In this document: positions 27,916 through 38,059 of the stretch, piece by piece | Position numbering within the stretch: the stretch's first letter is position 1 | How the letters are laid out: each line of letters begins with the position of its first letter | DNA from: a bacterium | GTDB taxonomy: Bacteria > Krumholzibacteriota > Krumholzibacteriia > G020349025 | DNA: 64,000 nucleotides | Direction: 5' to 3' | Assembly: GCA_031362565.1 (NCBI GenBank) | Contig: JANLSU010000069.1 | Coordinates: forward strand, 62,419 to 126,418 | The notes under the pieces: generated by a model | Seen by the model: only the letters and a program-made list of their open reading frames with translations | What the model was told of the DNA's origin: nothing | Database searches by the model: none | Made by a program: the position numbers and the translations under genes

Positions 27916-29022
27916 TCAGAAGGCGTATGTGAGTGAGTGCGGTGTATTGCGCGGCAGCGCCGGTGTCTGCACGAGCCGCCTGTAGTATTCGTCCCAGCGG
28001 TTGGGTAGTTCCGTTCGAGTTCGGAACAATCGTGTTTCAAAGACATCCCGCACCTTGAGCGGCGACTCGAGCAACCCCTTGAGCATGGCCGGCGTCCGGC
28101 GTTCGCTCTTTTCCCAGCGCCGCTTCATGTAGTTACGCCACACGATGAAGATGGCAAGGCGCTCTGCCGAAGCCTGGCGGCGCTTGGACCAAGCAAGGGT
28201 CTCGCGCCGGTGGTTGGCTTGGCTGTGCCGGAGGAGCAGGTCGACCAGGTTGATCTCGAAGAGCGGGTTGTGTGCATCACGCCGGGCCCGGGACGAGGTG
28301 ATTTCATGCTCGACCGGGCATCCGAGAGTCGCCAACGCCCGGGGATAGGCGTGGTGATCGTCGCTCCGGATGGTGAGCGCCGGCACCTTGCTGAACGCTG
28401 CTTGGAGCACGTGCGCCACATCCTTCTCGACGGCTTTGGGGTCCGGCCTGCCGAGGCGTGCCTCGAGCTGTTCGCGCCGGCGCTTTTGCCGGCTCGTCAT
28501 GCGGCCCTTGCGGCGCAGTGGACTGTCGGTGAAGTGCTGGATGAACCCCGTGTCGACCTCGGCGAGCAGATGATGCTGGAACGGGAAGAATTGGCTGTAC
28601 TCGAACGACTCGAAGCTGTCGAGGACGACCGGGCCCTGGGGACTGGCTCCCCGCGCCAACTGGGTGTGCAGAAGCAGGCAGTGCCGCCCGATGCGCGCCA
28701 GGGTGCGATCGATCGTGGAGGGCGCCGCCAGCACGTCACGCGCGATCTGCCGGTTGGCCATGCCGCCCACGGCCTTCATGAAGATCTGGCTCGGCAGATC
28801 TGGACGCTTGAGCCAGTAGGTCGTCGAGAACGTCTGCTTGCTGAAGGAACGGCGGCAACACAAGCATGTAAACCGCGGCACCACTTGCGGGGTGCTCTGA
28901 CGGTGGTAGAACCCCGCCCGCTTCCAGCGCCAGCCGGCCGCCAACTCGCGGTGGTACGAGCACTTGGGGTTCGGGCAGAAGGGCGGTTCGAACCGTGATT
29001 CCTCTTTGATGACGGTCGCCAT
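27916..29022 (-). mobile_element. IS1-like single-ORF transposase (Zn ribbon, HTH and putative DDE domain)
   Basis: CPNPKC...RFTCLCCRRSFS, an HTH (RQIARDVLAAPSTIDR), then VVLDSFESFEYS and IRSDDHHAY. Element ends were not identified. Confidence 0.65.
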
Positions 29023-29230
29023 AGACCGCCATCCATGCACCCTTCACACCAAGCACATTCTCCGCGGCACAACCGAAGTCTTTCGCCGGTTCCAGTCACG
29101 GCTTGACTGCCACGCGCGGCGCCTGCAGACTCTAGGCGTCAGGTTGAGATCGGATGTCCGTGGGCTGGGGGGGACGCCGCCCAGTTCGGTGGGCACGCAT
29201 GTACTACATCATCGAGAAGGAGTCTGCCCC

Positions 29231-29938
29231 GTGCGCACATCGCTCTCGCTTTCCATCGCTCTCGCTTTGCTCGTTCAAGCGACCTCGGCTGTCGCCGTCG
29301 TCACCACGATCCGGACTGGCCAGGTCGCGGGGGTCCCAGGATCTTGCAATGGGAACGACGACACTTTCCGCTTCTACGCACCGAACCCCAACTGCGGACA
29401 GCCGATTCTGTCTACCGCATTCGCAGCTGCCGACTTCAATGCCGCCTGCGCGGGGCCGCAAGCTGTTGTCATCCAACCACTCAACGGAGTCTGGACCTCG
29501 AGTCTCGACTGCGATGCCGACGCGCGTTGGATCTCTACCGCAACCAATCCCGGCAGCTGCTTCGGCGCCCCGACCTCCGCTTTGTACTGTGCACGGTTCG
29601 ACGCCAACTGCACCGTCGCCGACAGCGTTCGGATCTGCTGGGCCGTGGACGATTTCCTTGGCGATCCGCCGTCCTTCCCGGGACCGAATCCGGACGGGAT
29701 TTACATCAACGGCACGAGCCTCGGCGCGGCCTTCAGCGGTCCCGGCTCCAATCCCACCTACACCGCCGTGGCCACCAACGTCCCGTTGATCAACGGCTTC
29801 AACAGCCTCGAGGTCTATCAGCGGGACGCAGGTTGTGGACTTGGTGGGCTGATCCTGAGCGCCAACATCTACACGCACTGCGGTACCGTGCAAACCGAAT
29901 CGATGAAATGGGGAATGATCAAGTCGCTGTACCGCTGA
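29231..29938 (+). CDS. Secreted Cys-rich beta protein with a WGMIKSLYR tail
   Basis: GAAGGAG RBS, GTG start, signal peptide and AVDD...IYING beta-sandwich-like pattern. Confidence 0.8.
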   Translation: MRTSLSLSIALALLVQATSAVAVVTTIRTGQVAGVPGSCNGNDDTFRFYAPNPNCGQPILSTAFAAADFNAACAGPQAVVIQPLNGVWTSSLDCDADARWISTATNPGSCFGAPTSALYCARFDANCTVADSVRICWAVDDFLGDPPSFPGPNPDGIYINGTSLGAAFSGPGSNPTYTAVATNVPLINGFNSLEVYQRDAGCGLGGLILSANIYTHCGTVQTESMKWGMIKSLYR

Positions 29939-29964
29939 TCGGTGCTGCCGCATCGAAACGGCAC

Positions 29965-29996
29965 CGGCCTCCTCCGCGGTTGCGCGGGGGAGGCCG
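29965..29996 (+). terminator. Hairpin after the secreted protein gene
   Basis: CGGCCTCCTCCGCG-gttg-CGCGGGGGAGGCCG followed by TTCT. Confidence 0.6.
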
Positions 29997-30027
29997 TTCT
30001 GCGACTGAGCGGAAGGAGGCGCACTCC

Positions 30028-30903
30028 ATGCATCCGTCCCGTGTGGGAACAGGTATTCTCACCGTCGTGCTCGCACTCTGTGGTTCACCACATGCGACGC
30101 GGGCGGGTACCAGGGACTCGCTCACCGTCGCTACGCTTAATCTCTGGCATGACCAGCGCGATTGGCCCAAGCGCCTGAATGTGATCGTGGCCGAAATGCG
30201 CCGCCTTCGACCCGATGTGCTGTGCCTCCAGGAAGTTCTGCAGAACCCGAACCTCCCGAATCAGGCGGAAACGCTCGGTGACAGCCTTGGCTGTCAGGTG
30301 CAGTTCGCGTCGGTCGACGGCCCCGAACGCCCCAAGCGCTACGGCAACGCGATTCTCACGCCCCATTCGGTCCGGGTGGGGGAGTCCCGCAACCTTGCGC
30401 CGGCCGACGACTATCGAGCCGTCGCTCACGTGCGATTCGACTGGCATGGCCGCGCGGTCGACGCCTATTCGACGCACCTCCACCACACGACTGAAGGCGG
30501 CGCGATTCGCGCCACCCAGATCCGCCACCTGCTCGCGTACGTCGACTCGACGCGCGGCGACGGGCCCGTGGTGATCGCGGGCGACTTCAACTGTGAGCTG
30601 GGATCGGCCGAGATGAGTCTCGTCACGGTGCGATACGACGACGTGTTCCACGCCGTGCATCCAAAGATGAGCCGCGCCGAGGCGACGACCTACAGCGCGC
30701 GCTTCGGCGTCGACCCCGGCGTGATCGACCACATTTTCGTCGAGCGGCGCGGTGCGAAGCCGCAGCCGCTCATCCCGCTCGCATGTCAAGTGATCTTCAA
30801 TTCCGTCGGTCCCGACAGCGTGTGGGCGTCGGATCATTTCGGAGTAGTGGCGACGTTGGGGGGAGGGACGGTGGCGAAGGGACGTGGCAGCGGCGACAAA
30901 TGA
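30028..30903 (+). CDS. Exported endonuclease/exonuclease/phosphatase (EEP) family protein
   Basis: TLNLWH, PDVLCLQEV, THLHH, IAGDFN, IDHIF and SDHFGV. Confidence 0.9.
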   Translation: MHPSRVGTGILTVVLALCGSPHATRAGTRDSLTVATLNLWHDQRDWPKRLNVIVAEMRRLRPDVLCLQEVLQNPNLPNQAETLGDSLGCQVQFASVDGPERPKRYGNAILTPHSVRVGESRNLAPADDYRAVAHVRFDWHGRAVDAYSTHLHHTTEGGAIRATQIRHLLAYVDSTRGDGPVVIAGDFNCELGSAEMSLVTVRYDDVFHAVHPKMSRAEATTYSARFGVDPGVIDHIFVERRGAKPQPLIPLACQVIFNSVGPDSVWASDHFGVVATLGGGTVAKGRGSGDK

Positions 30904-30962
30904 CCCCCGCCTGTGAAATCGCGAGCCAAGCTACCATCGAATCCAAAGGAGCATGACACAGG

Positions 30963-31406
30963 ATGAAGGCCCAACCGTTTGTTGTGACCCCTGAAGACTA
31001 CGATCCAGCCTTGAACGTGCTCGGTATCAAGGTGACAGTGTTGGCGTCGAATGATGCGACAGGCGCCTACGAGATCACCCGGCAGCAGGGCGAGCCGGGG
31101 ATGGGTCCACCGCCGCACAGCCACGACTGGGACGAATCGTTCTATGTCATCGCGGGCGACGTCGAGTTCACCTGCTCTGGCAAGACGGTTGCGTGCAAGC
31201 CCGGTACTCTGGTGCACGTGCCCGCCGGCACCGTGCATACCTTTCGTTACCTGTCCGACGGCTGCGATGTGCTCGAATTTACCGGCCAGGGCGGCACTGC
31301 CACGCAGATGTTCTCAGCCGTCAACAGGGAGACCTCCCTCGGTCCCGCTGAGATGCCGCGGCTGTTGGACGTGTTGAAGGAAAACGGCGTATCCGTGCAA
31401 CTGTAA
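30963..31406 (+). CDS. Cupin domain protein
   Basis: GPPPHSHDWDESFYVIAG...VPAGTVHTF. Confidence 0.9.
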   Translation: MKAQPFVVTPEDYDPALNVLGIKVTVLASNDATGAYEITRQQGEPGMGPPPHSHDWDESFYVIAGDVEFTCSGKTVACKPGTLVHVPAGTVHTFRYLSDGCDVLEFTGQGGTATQMFSAVNRETSLGPAEMPRLLDVLKENGVSVQL

Positions 31407-31611
31407 CGGTACGGTTCGTTCCTGACGGCTGCCGCCATCACCGCCCAGCCGCAGCTGTCGGCGAACCTATACGTTTTCTTGAGGCGTTTATTCCGATACT
31501 CGGAGTAGACGTCGGCATCCGACGCGCGCGGCGGAAGTGGGCTATGCCTCACCGCACGTCTGCAGTCCCATCAAAGGGTGGGACGAAGGTCAGGAAGTCG
31601 GAGGCTTTCCC

Positions 31612-32553
31612 ATGACGATCCAATCGCGACTGAAGGGCTCGGTCGGAATATTCGTTGGGGCGATCGGTCTACTCGTTGCCCTGCTGGCGATTTTGCACAA
31701 TTACAGAGAGGCGGATCCCGTCGCGCAGCTCGAGTTCAAACACCAGCGGATCGCTCTCGTCGAAGGGATCCGGCTGGCGTTGTCCACCGCGTCGGAAGCC
31801 GAGAAGAGCGCCGCCATGGCCATTAGCGACCGGGAATCGCAAACCTTTGCCGATCAGGCCCGGGCTGCCGCCGATGCCGTGGTCCAAGGCCGCGAAGAAC
31901 TCGCGCGACTTCTGGAAGCCGGCGGCAACCGGAACGAGGTGGATCTCCTCGCCAGCTTTTCGCCGGCCTTTGCCGACTACCGACGCATCGACCGGAAGAT
32001 CTTGGAACTGGCCGTCAAGAACACGAATCTCAAGGTCTACGCCCTGGCGTTCGGCCCGGCTGCGGAGTGTATCCACAAGATGGTCCAGGCGCTGTCTTCC
32101 ATCCTCACTGAGAACGCCGATTCAACCTCGCCGCAGGCCCGACAGGTGATGTTGCTGGCGGCGCGGGCCACGATCGGGGCGCTGCGGATTCAAGCGAATC
32201 TCGCCCCGCACATTTCCGAGGCAAGTGACCAAAAGATGGACGATTTGGAAGCGTCGATCGCCGCGGACGACAAGGACGTCCAGAGCGATCTCGATGGTCT
32301 GGCCGCGCTCATTCCCACTGACAAGAGCACCCGTTTGCAGAAGGCGTCGACGTTGTATGCCCGGTTCGCCGAGCTGAGGACCCAGATTCTCGATCTCTCG
32401 CGCCAGAACACGAACGTCCGATCCTTGACCATGTCCCTCAACGAGAAGCGCTTGGCGGTCGTGAAATGCCAAGATATCCTGACTGCCCTTGAACAGGCCA
32501 TTCAAGATGAGCCCGTCGCCGACCGAACCCCGGCCAACCCGCGCAAGATTTAG
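31612..32553 (+). CDS. Stand-alone four-helix-bundle (4HB_MCP-like) sensor-domain protein
   Basis: One N-terminal TM and two helical units each containing an NTN motif (KNTNLK / QNTNVR). No cytoplasmic signalling domain. Confidence 0.7.
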   Translation: MTIQSRLKGSVGIFVGAIGLLVALLAILHNYREADPVAQLEFKHQRIALVEGIRLALSTASEAEKSAAMAISDRESQTFADQARAAADAVVQGREELARLLEAGGNRNEVDLLASFSPAFADYRRIDRKILELAVKNTNLKVYALAFGPAAECIHKMVQALSSILTENADSTSPQARQVMLLAARATIGALRIQANLAPHISEASDQKMDDLEASIAADDKDVQSDLDGLAALIPTDKSTRLQKASTLYARFAELRTQILDLSRQNTNVRSLTMSLNEKRLAVVKCQDILTALEQAIQDEPVADRTPANPRKI

Positions 32554-32623
32554 CTGCTGCCTCACGCGCCGGTCTTCCCATCGGCAGCTTGACCGGTGCA
32601 GAGCCGCCTCGTAGGCTGCCACG

Positions 32624-35314
32624 ATGCTCAGTCCTGGCACCAAAGTCGGCCCCTACGAAGTCATCGCGCCGCTCGGCGCGGGCGGCATGGGGGAAGTGTA
32701 TCGCGGGCGCGACTCGCGGCTTGGGCGCGAAGTCGCGCTCAAGGTGCTGCCCGAGGCCTTCGCGCGCGATGCCGAGCGTCTGGCGCGCTTCGAGCGCGAG
32801 GGCAAACTCTTGGCGACGCTCAATCATCCCAATGTGGCGGTGATCTACGGCGTCGAACGCGATGGCGATCGCCTGTGCTTGGCCCTCGAGCTGATTGCCG
32901 GTGAGTCACTGGCTGAACGGCTGCGTCACGGTGCGTTGCAGGCCGATGAGGCGTACGACATTGCAGCGCACGTCGCGAGTGCACTCGAGGCGGCGCACGA
33001 TGCCGGCGTCATTCATCGCGACTTGAAGCCGGGCAACGTCATGGTGCGCCCGGACGGCATCGCCAAAGTGCTCGATTTCGGGCTGGCGCGTGGGCCCGTC
33101 GACGGCGCTCTACCGGCCGACCTGGCGCAGTCGCCGACGATGACAAGCCCGGCGACCGCATTCGGCGTTATCCTTGGCACCGCTGCCTACATGAGTCCCG
33201 AGCAAGCGCGCGGCCGCGCCGTGGACCGCCGTTCGGATTTGTGGGCGTGGGGCTGCTTGCTGTACGAGTGTCTTACCGGCCGGCGTGCCTTTCCCGGCGA
33301 GGACATGTCGGAGACTATTGCTTCAATCTTGAAGAGTGAACCCGATTGGAGCGCGCTACCGGCCGGGACGCCACCACGCGTCCAGGAACTGCTGCAACGT
33401 TGCTTGCGCAAGGACGCGAGGGAGCGCTTGCGCGATGCCGGCGATGCGCGCTTGCTCTTGGCCGAAGCGCGTGTTCCCATTCCATCGGCGGCACCGGCGG
33501 TTGCGGCGAGCACAGCGCGCGGGCGCGCCTGGCTCTGGCCGGTTGCGCTTCTCGTGCTCGTTGCGGCTGCACTCGGTGGTTCGCTCATCCGGCGGCCGCA
33601 CGCGACGCAGAGCGCGCCGCTCACGGTTTCCATGTTCCTGCCGAGCGGCATGACGCTGCAAAACGACGCGCAGAGCGTGGTGATCTCTCCCGACGGACGG
33701 ACGCTGGCCTTCGCGGCCGCCGACAGCGCCGGGAATTCGCAATTGTGGCTCATGGACTTGGCCCGCGCCGATATACGGAGTCTTGCAGGGACTGAAAACG
33801 CATCGCAACCGTTCTGGTCGCCGGACAGTCGTCGTATTGGATTCTTCAGCGGCGGCAAACTCCGCACCATCAACCTCGCGACTCGCGCCGTCGAAGAGTT
33901 GTGTGACGCGCTTTCGCCGCGCGGTGCGGCGTGGGGGAAGGGCGTCATCGTTCTGCAGCCGCGCGCCGCCGGCCCACTCATGAAGATCGAGGAGAGTGGC
34001 GGCCAGATCACTCGGACGTCCGTTGTGGACACCACTGCGGGCGACCAGGGGCACCGTTTTCCAACCTTCTTGCCGGACGGCCGCCATTTCGTTTACAGCA
34101 TCGTGCCAGAGCGAAGCGGTTCGTTGAGGCTCGGCATTGGTTCGACGGACGGCGGTCCGGGTCGCGTTCTCGGAGAAGCGGCGGGTCGAAGTGGAGCGGT
34201 GTACGCCGCGCCTGGGTATCTGCTCTTCCCGCGCGATGGCGCGATTCGCGCCACCCATCTTGATCCGAAGTCGCTGGCGCTCACGGGCCCGGCGCGAACG
34301 ATACCCGGTTTGGCGATGGTCGCCGCTGCCAGCGGCGGCGCGCCGGTCCTTTCTGCCTCACAGAACGGCATCATCGTGCAGGAGAATTCCGGCGATCGAC
34401 CGGTGCACTTGGTATGGATGGATCGCGAGGGTCGAATCGTCGGGAGGCCCGCGATCCCCGAGGGGAATTATGGTGATGGATGTATCTCACGCAACGGGCG
34501 CCGCCTGGTTTTCGAGTCCGTAGCGCACGCATCGGATCCGACGATGCTCTGGGTGCTCGACTTCGAGCGTGGCACGCTTGTCCGCCTGACATTCGATGGT
34601 GAGAATATCCTACCCGTCTGGTCGCCAGATGGACTCGAGGTTGCGTTCACACGTCTGCTCGAAGGCCGGAGCATGTCGCTCTGGACAATCCGCCCCGACA
34701 CTCCGCGGTCGCAGCGGTTCGTGATGAATCTTCCCAATCTCTACAACTCGGCGCTTAGCTACACGCCTGACGGGCACCATCTCGCGTTCCGCACCTTGAA
34801 TGCGGACACACAGATGGATGTCATGCTAGCGACGTTCGGCGCCGCGCCGAGTTTCAAGCCGCTTCTGAACAGCCGCTTCAGCGAAATGTATTGCAGCTTT
34901 TCACCGGACGGCCAGTGGATGGCGTACCTCTCCGATGAAACCGGCAGGCCGGAGCTCTACGTGCGGTCGTTTCCCAGCCTGGAGCATCAAATCCGCATCT
35001 CGACGAACGGGGCAAACACGACGACGGACGCCTCTGGATCTGGCCGGCCGGTATGGCGCCGCGACGGGCGCGAACTCATCTATGTCGCGAGCGACGGCCG
35101 CACGATCCAGTCGGTGGACGTTCGGCCTGGCAGTCCACCGGAATTCGCCGCCCCGCGGCCGCTCTTCCGCCTCCCCTTGACCGCCACGAACATCTTCCCG
35201 GCTCCTGACCTCGATCGCTTCATCGTCGAAATGACCCGGGAGGATGCCGCGCGCACTGGCATAACGCTCATCCAGAATTGGCCGGCGCTGCTCGAGGACA
35301 GTCCGCGTCCCTAA
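32624..35314 (+). CDS. Ser/Thr protein kinase with TM helix and TolB/PD40-like beta-propellers
   Basis: GAGGMGEVY, HRDLKPGN, DFGLA, YMSPEQ, DLWAWG and SPDG repeats. Confidence 0.95.
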   Translation: MLSPGTKVGPYEVIAPLGAGGMGEVYRGRDSRLGREVALKVLPEAFARDAERLARFEREGKLLATLNHPNVAVIYGVERDGDRLCLALELIAGESLAERLRHGALQADEAYDIAAHVASALEAAHDAGVIHRDLKPGNVMVRPDGIAKVLDFGLARGPVDGALPADLAQSPTMTSPATAFGVILGTAAYMSPEQARGRAVDRRSDLWAWGCLLYECLTGRRAFPGEDMSETIASILKSEPDWSALPAGTPPRVQELLQRCLRKDARERLRDAGDARLLLAEARVPIPSAAPAVAASTARGRAWLWPVALLVLVAAALGGSLIRRPHATQSAPLTVSMFLPSGMTLQNDAQSVVISPDGRTLAFAAADSAGNSQLWLMDLARADIRSLAGTENASQPFWSPDSRRIGFFSGGKLRTINLATRAVEELCDALSPRGAAWGKGVIVLQPRAAGPLMKIEESGGQITRTSVVDTTAGDQGHRFPTFLPDGRHFVYSIVPERSGSLRLGIGSTDGGPGRVLGEAAGRSGAVYAAPGYLLFPRDGAIRATHLDPKSLALTGPARTIPGLAMVAAASGGAPVLSASQNGIIVQENSGDRPVHLVWMDREGRIVGRPAIPEGNYGDGCISRNGRRLVFESVAHASDPTMLWVLDFERGTLVRLTFDGENILPVWSPDGLEVAFTRLLEGRSMSLWTIRPDTPRSQRFVMNLPNLYNSALSYTPDGHHLAFRTLNADTQMDVMLATFGAAPSFKPLLNSRFSEMYCSFSPDGQWMAYLSDETGRPELYVRSFPSLEHQIRISTNGANTTTDASGSGRPVWRRDGRELIYVASDGRTIQSVDVRPGSPPEFAAPRPLFRLPLTATNIFPAPDLDRFIVEMTREDAARTGITLIQNWPALLEDSPRP

Positions 35315-35317
35315 CGC

Positions 35318-37999
35318 GTGCCGACGGGTTGCCGTGATACGCTACGGCGCACTGGAATCAGGGAGGGTACTTCGCTCAGTCCCGGACAAGAACTCGCGCA
35401 GTATCGAATCGTCGAGCGCATCGGTGAGGGTGGGATGGGCGTGGTCTGGAGGGCCACGGACACGACCCTCGGTCGCGACGTTGCAATCAAGGTGTTGCCG
35501 GAGATTTTCCAACGCGACCCCGAGCGCACCGCCCGCTTCGAACGCGAGGCACGACTGCTCGCGTCGCTCAATCACTCGAACATCGCGGCGATCTACGGCG
35601 TCGGTTCGGCCGCCGGCGTGCGCTTCCTGGCGATGGAATTGGTCGAAGGCGAGGATCTCGCCGAACGACTCGCCCGCGGGCCGATGCCCGTGGCCGAGAC
35701 GCTCGACGTCGCGCGCCAGGTCGCCGAGGGTCTCGAGGTCGCGCACGAGAAGGGTATCATTCATCGCGATCTCAAGCCGGCGAACGTCAAGCTGACTCCC
35801 GATGGCCGTGTCAAGCTGCTCGACTTCGGACTCGCCAAGGCGCTCGACGCGCCGCCGGCGAGCACGGATTCCACCGAACTCGCTCCCATGCTCACGAGCC
35901 CGATGACCGCGGCGCAAGTGGTCCTTGGCACTGCCGCCTACATGAGCCCCGAGCAAGCGCGTGGCAAGCCCGTTGACCGGCGCGCCGCCATCTGGGCGTT
36001 CGGTTGCCTGCTCTACGAATGCCTGACCGGCAAGCGCGCGTTCGGAGGAGAAACCGCGTCCGACACGATCGCCAAAATCCTCGAGCGCGAGGCGGACTGG
36101 TCGGCGCTGCCATCGCCCACGCCATTGCGGTTGCGCGAGCTGCTCCGCCGGTGTCTCGAAAAGGACGCCCGAAAGCGGCTGCGTGACATCGGCGACGCCC
36201 GCATCGAACTGGAGGAAATGCAGGCAGGCGGAACGGCGGGGAGCGGCATCGCGGCGGCAGAACCCCCCAAGCTTGCCGCGTCAATCGAGCGGCCGAACCC
36301 GCGCACGAGGCGCCTGTGGCTCGCGCTCGCCGCCGTGCTGGTCGGCGCCGCGGGCGTTGCGGGTTGGTTCGTTCGCGGCAGTGCACCGCCGCCGCCGAGT
36401 TTTCGTCTTCTCACGCGCGAGCGCGGTACCGTGACCGGCGCCCGGTTCATTCCGAACACTTCGGAGATCGTCTATAGCGCAAAGTGGGCGGGTGCGCCCT
36501 CGCAGTGGTACGCAGGACGCCTCGACCAGCCGGGAACGCGCGCCATCGCCGGGAGCGAGGGAATCCTGTTGGGTGTCACTGCGAACGGCGAAGGCGTCGG
36601 TGTCGCCCGGACCTATTTGTCGCACGCCGTGCAAGTCGGCGCGCTCTGCAGTCTGCCGCTCGCGGGCGGAGCGAAGCGGGAATGGATGTCGTCGGGGGTG
36701 TGGGGCGCGTGCGCCGGGCCGGGTGAGGGAGAACTCGCGGCGGTCATCGGCGACTTCGGCGCCGAGATCCGGCTCGAGTGGCCGCTCGGCCGCGCCGTGG
36801 TGAAATCGCTCGAAGTGCTTCGCAGTCCGCTCATCCGCGGCGACTTGCTCGCGTTCGTGAAGGAGCGGGGGAACATCATCGAGGAAGTGAGCCTCGAGAT
36901 CGTCGAGCGGAGCGGCAAGGCACGCACGCTCGCGACACTCTCTGGGTTCACGGGCATGGCGTGGGGCCCGGGTGGCAAGGAGATCTGGGTGTCGACCTAC
37001 AAGGAAGGCGCGAGCACGTTCCTTGCCGTCGACCTTGCGGGCCGGTCGCGCACGTTGCTGCGCCACGCCGGGCGCCTCGAGATCCAGGACGTGAACGCTC
37101 AAGGCCGCGTGCTCGCCGCGCTCCACTCCTACCAAAGACAGACATTCGGCCGACCGCGGGGAGAGTCGAAGGACTTGGACATCGGGTGGCTCGATGCGCA
37201 AGCCACGACATCACTGACGTCGGATGGAAGCACGGCACTGGTCGCCCCGTTGGCGGAGTGGAGCCGTGTGGATGGAAACCTCTTCGTTCGTTCGCTCGCG
37301 GGAGGCCCCGCGCAGATGGTCGGCTTGGGCCAGCGGCAGTCGACGATTTCGCAAGACGGGAAATGGGTCATGACGTGCGCCGTCGACCCGGAGATGACGC
37401 TGGTGCTCATCCCCACGGGCCCCGGCGTGCCGCGGCGCATCCCACTTCCCGACTTTGCCGGCAGCGACTTTCGCACCGACCTCTTGCCCGACGGCAAGTC
37501 GGCGATCGTGTGGGGACGGCGCGGCGGGGATCCGTTCGCCATGTGGCGGCTCGATCTCGAAACGAGTGCGCTCAAGAAGCTCACCCCTTCGGGGGCGTCA
37601 CCCTATGCGTACCAGTCGATTCTTTCGCCTGACGGGCGATGGATCGCGTACGTCGACCCAAGCAAACGCTCCAACGACGGAGCAAATGCGATCGGCATCT
37701 CGCGCACGGACGGCAGCGAGATGCGCACGGCGGTCACCCTGCACGCGGGCGAAGCGATTTCGGGCTGGGGCCCGGATTCCGCAAGCCTGCTTGTCTGGGA
37801 CCGGAACGCCTTGCCGGCGCAAGTCGACCGGGTGGATCTCGCGACCGGCCAGCGGACGCGAATCCTCACGGTGTCGCCGCCGGATCCGGTCGGCGTCCAG
37901 GGCATCCAGGTTCTCCTGATCACACCGGATGCGAGTGCATATGCGTACAACGTGACACGCAAGCTCTCCGAACTGTATGTCGTCGAGGGATTGAGGTAG
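35318..37999 (+). CDS. Ser/Thr protein kinase with TM helix and beta-propeller; start uncertain and subdomain IX Asp missing
   Basis: GEGGMGVVW, HRDLKPAN, DFGLA and YMSPEQ are present, but RRAAIWAFG replaces R.DIW.FG. Confidence 0.88.
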   Translation: MPTGCRDTLRRTGIREGTSLSPGQELAQYRIVERIGEGGMGVVWRATDTTLGRDVAIKVLPEIFQRDPERTARFEREARLLASLNHSNIAAIYGVGSAAGVRFLAMELVEGEDLAERLARGPMPVAETLDVARQVAEGLEVAHEKGIIHRDLKPANVKLTPDGRVKLLDFGLAKALDAPPASTDSTELAPMLTSPMTAAQVVLGTAAYMSPEQARGKPVDRRAAIWAFGCLLYECLTGKRAFGGETASDTIAKILEREADWSALPSPTPLRLRELLRRCLEKDARKRLRDIGDARIELEEMQAGGTAGSGIAAAEPPKLAASIERPNPRTRRLWLALAAVLVGAAGVAGWFVRGSAPPPPSFRLLTRERGTVTGARFIPNTSEIVYSAKWAGAPSQWYAGRLDQPGTRAIAGSEGILLGVTANGEGVGVARTYLSHAVQVGALCSLPLAGGAKREWMSSGVWGACAGPGEGELAAVIGDFGAEIRLEWPLGRAVVKSLEVLRSPLIRGDLLAFVKERGNIIEEVSLEIVERSGKARTLATLSGFTGMAWGPGGKEIWVSTYKEGASTFLAVDLAGRSRTLLRHAGRLEIQDVNAQGRVLAALHSYQRQTFGRPRGESKDLDIGWLDAQATTSLTSDGSTALVAPLAEWSRVDGNLFVRSLAGGPAQMVGLGQRQSTISQDGKWVMTCAVDPEMTLVLIPTGPGVPRRIPLPDFAGSDFRTDLLPDGKSAIVWGRRGGDPFAMWRLDLETSALKKLTPSGASPYAYQSILSPDGRWIAYVDPSKRSNDGANAIGISRTDGSEMRTAVTLHAGEAISGWGPDSASLLVWDRNALPAQVDRVDLATGQRTRILTVSPPDPVGVQGIQVLLITPDASAYAYNVTRKLSELYVVEGLR

Positions 38000-38059
38000 C
38001 CCGACGAGGCTTCGCGGGAAGTCGTCCTGGCGGCGCACCATATTTCATGGAGGCAGGGC

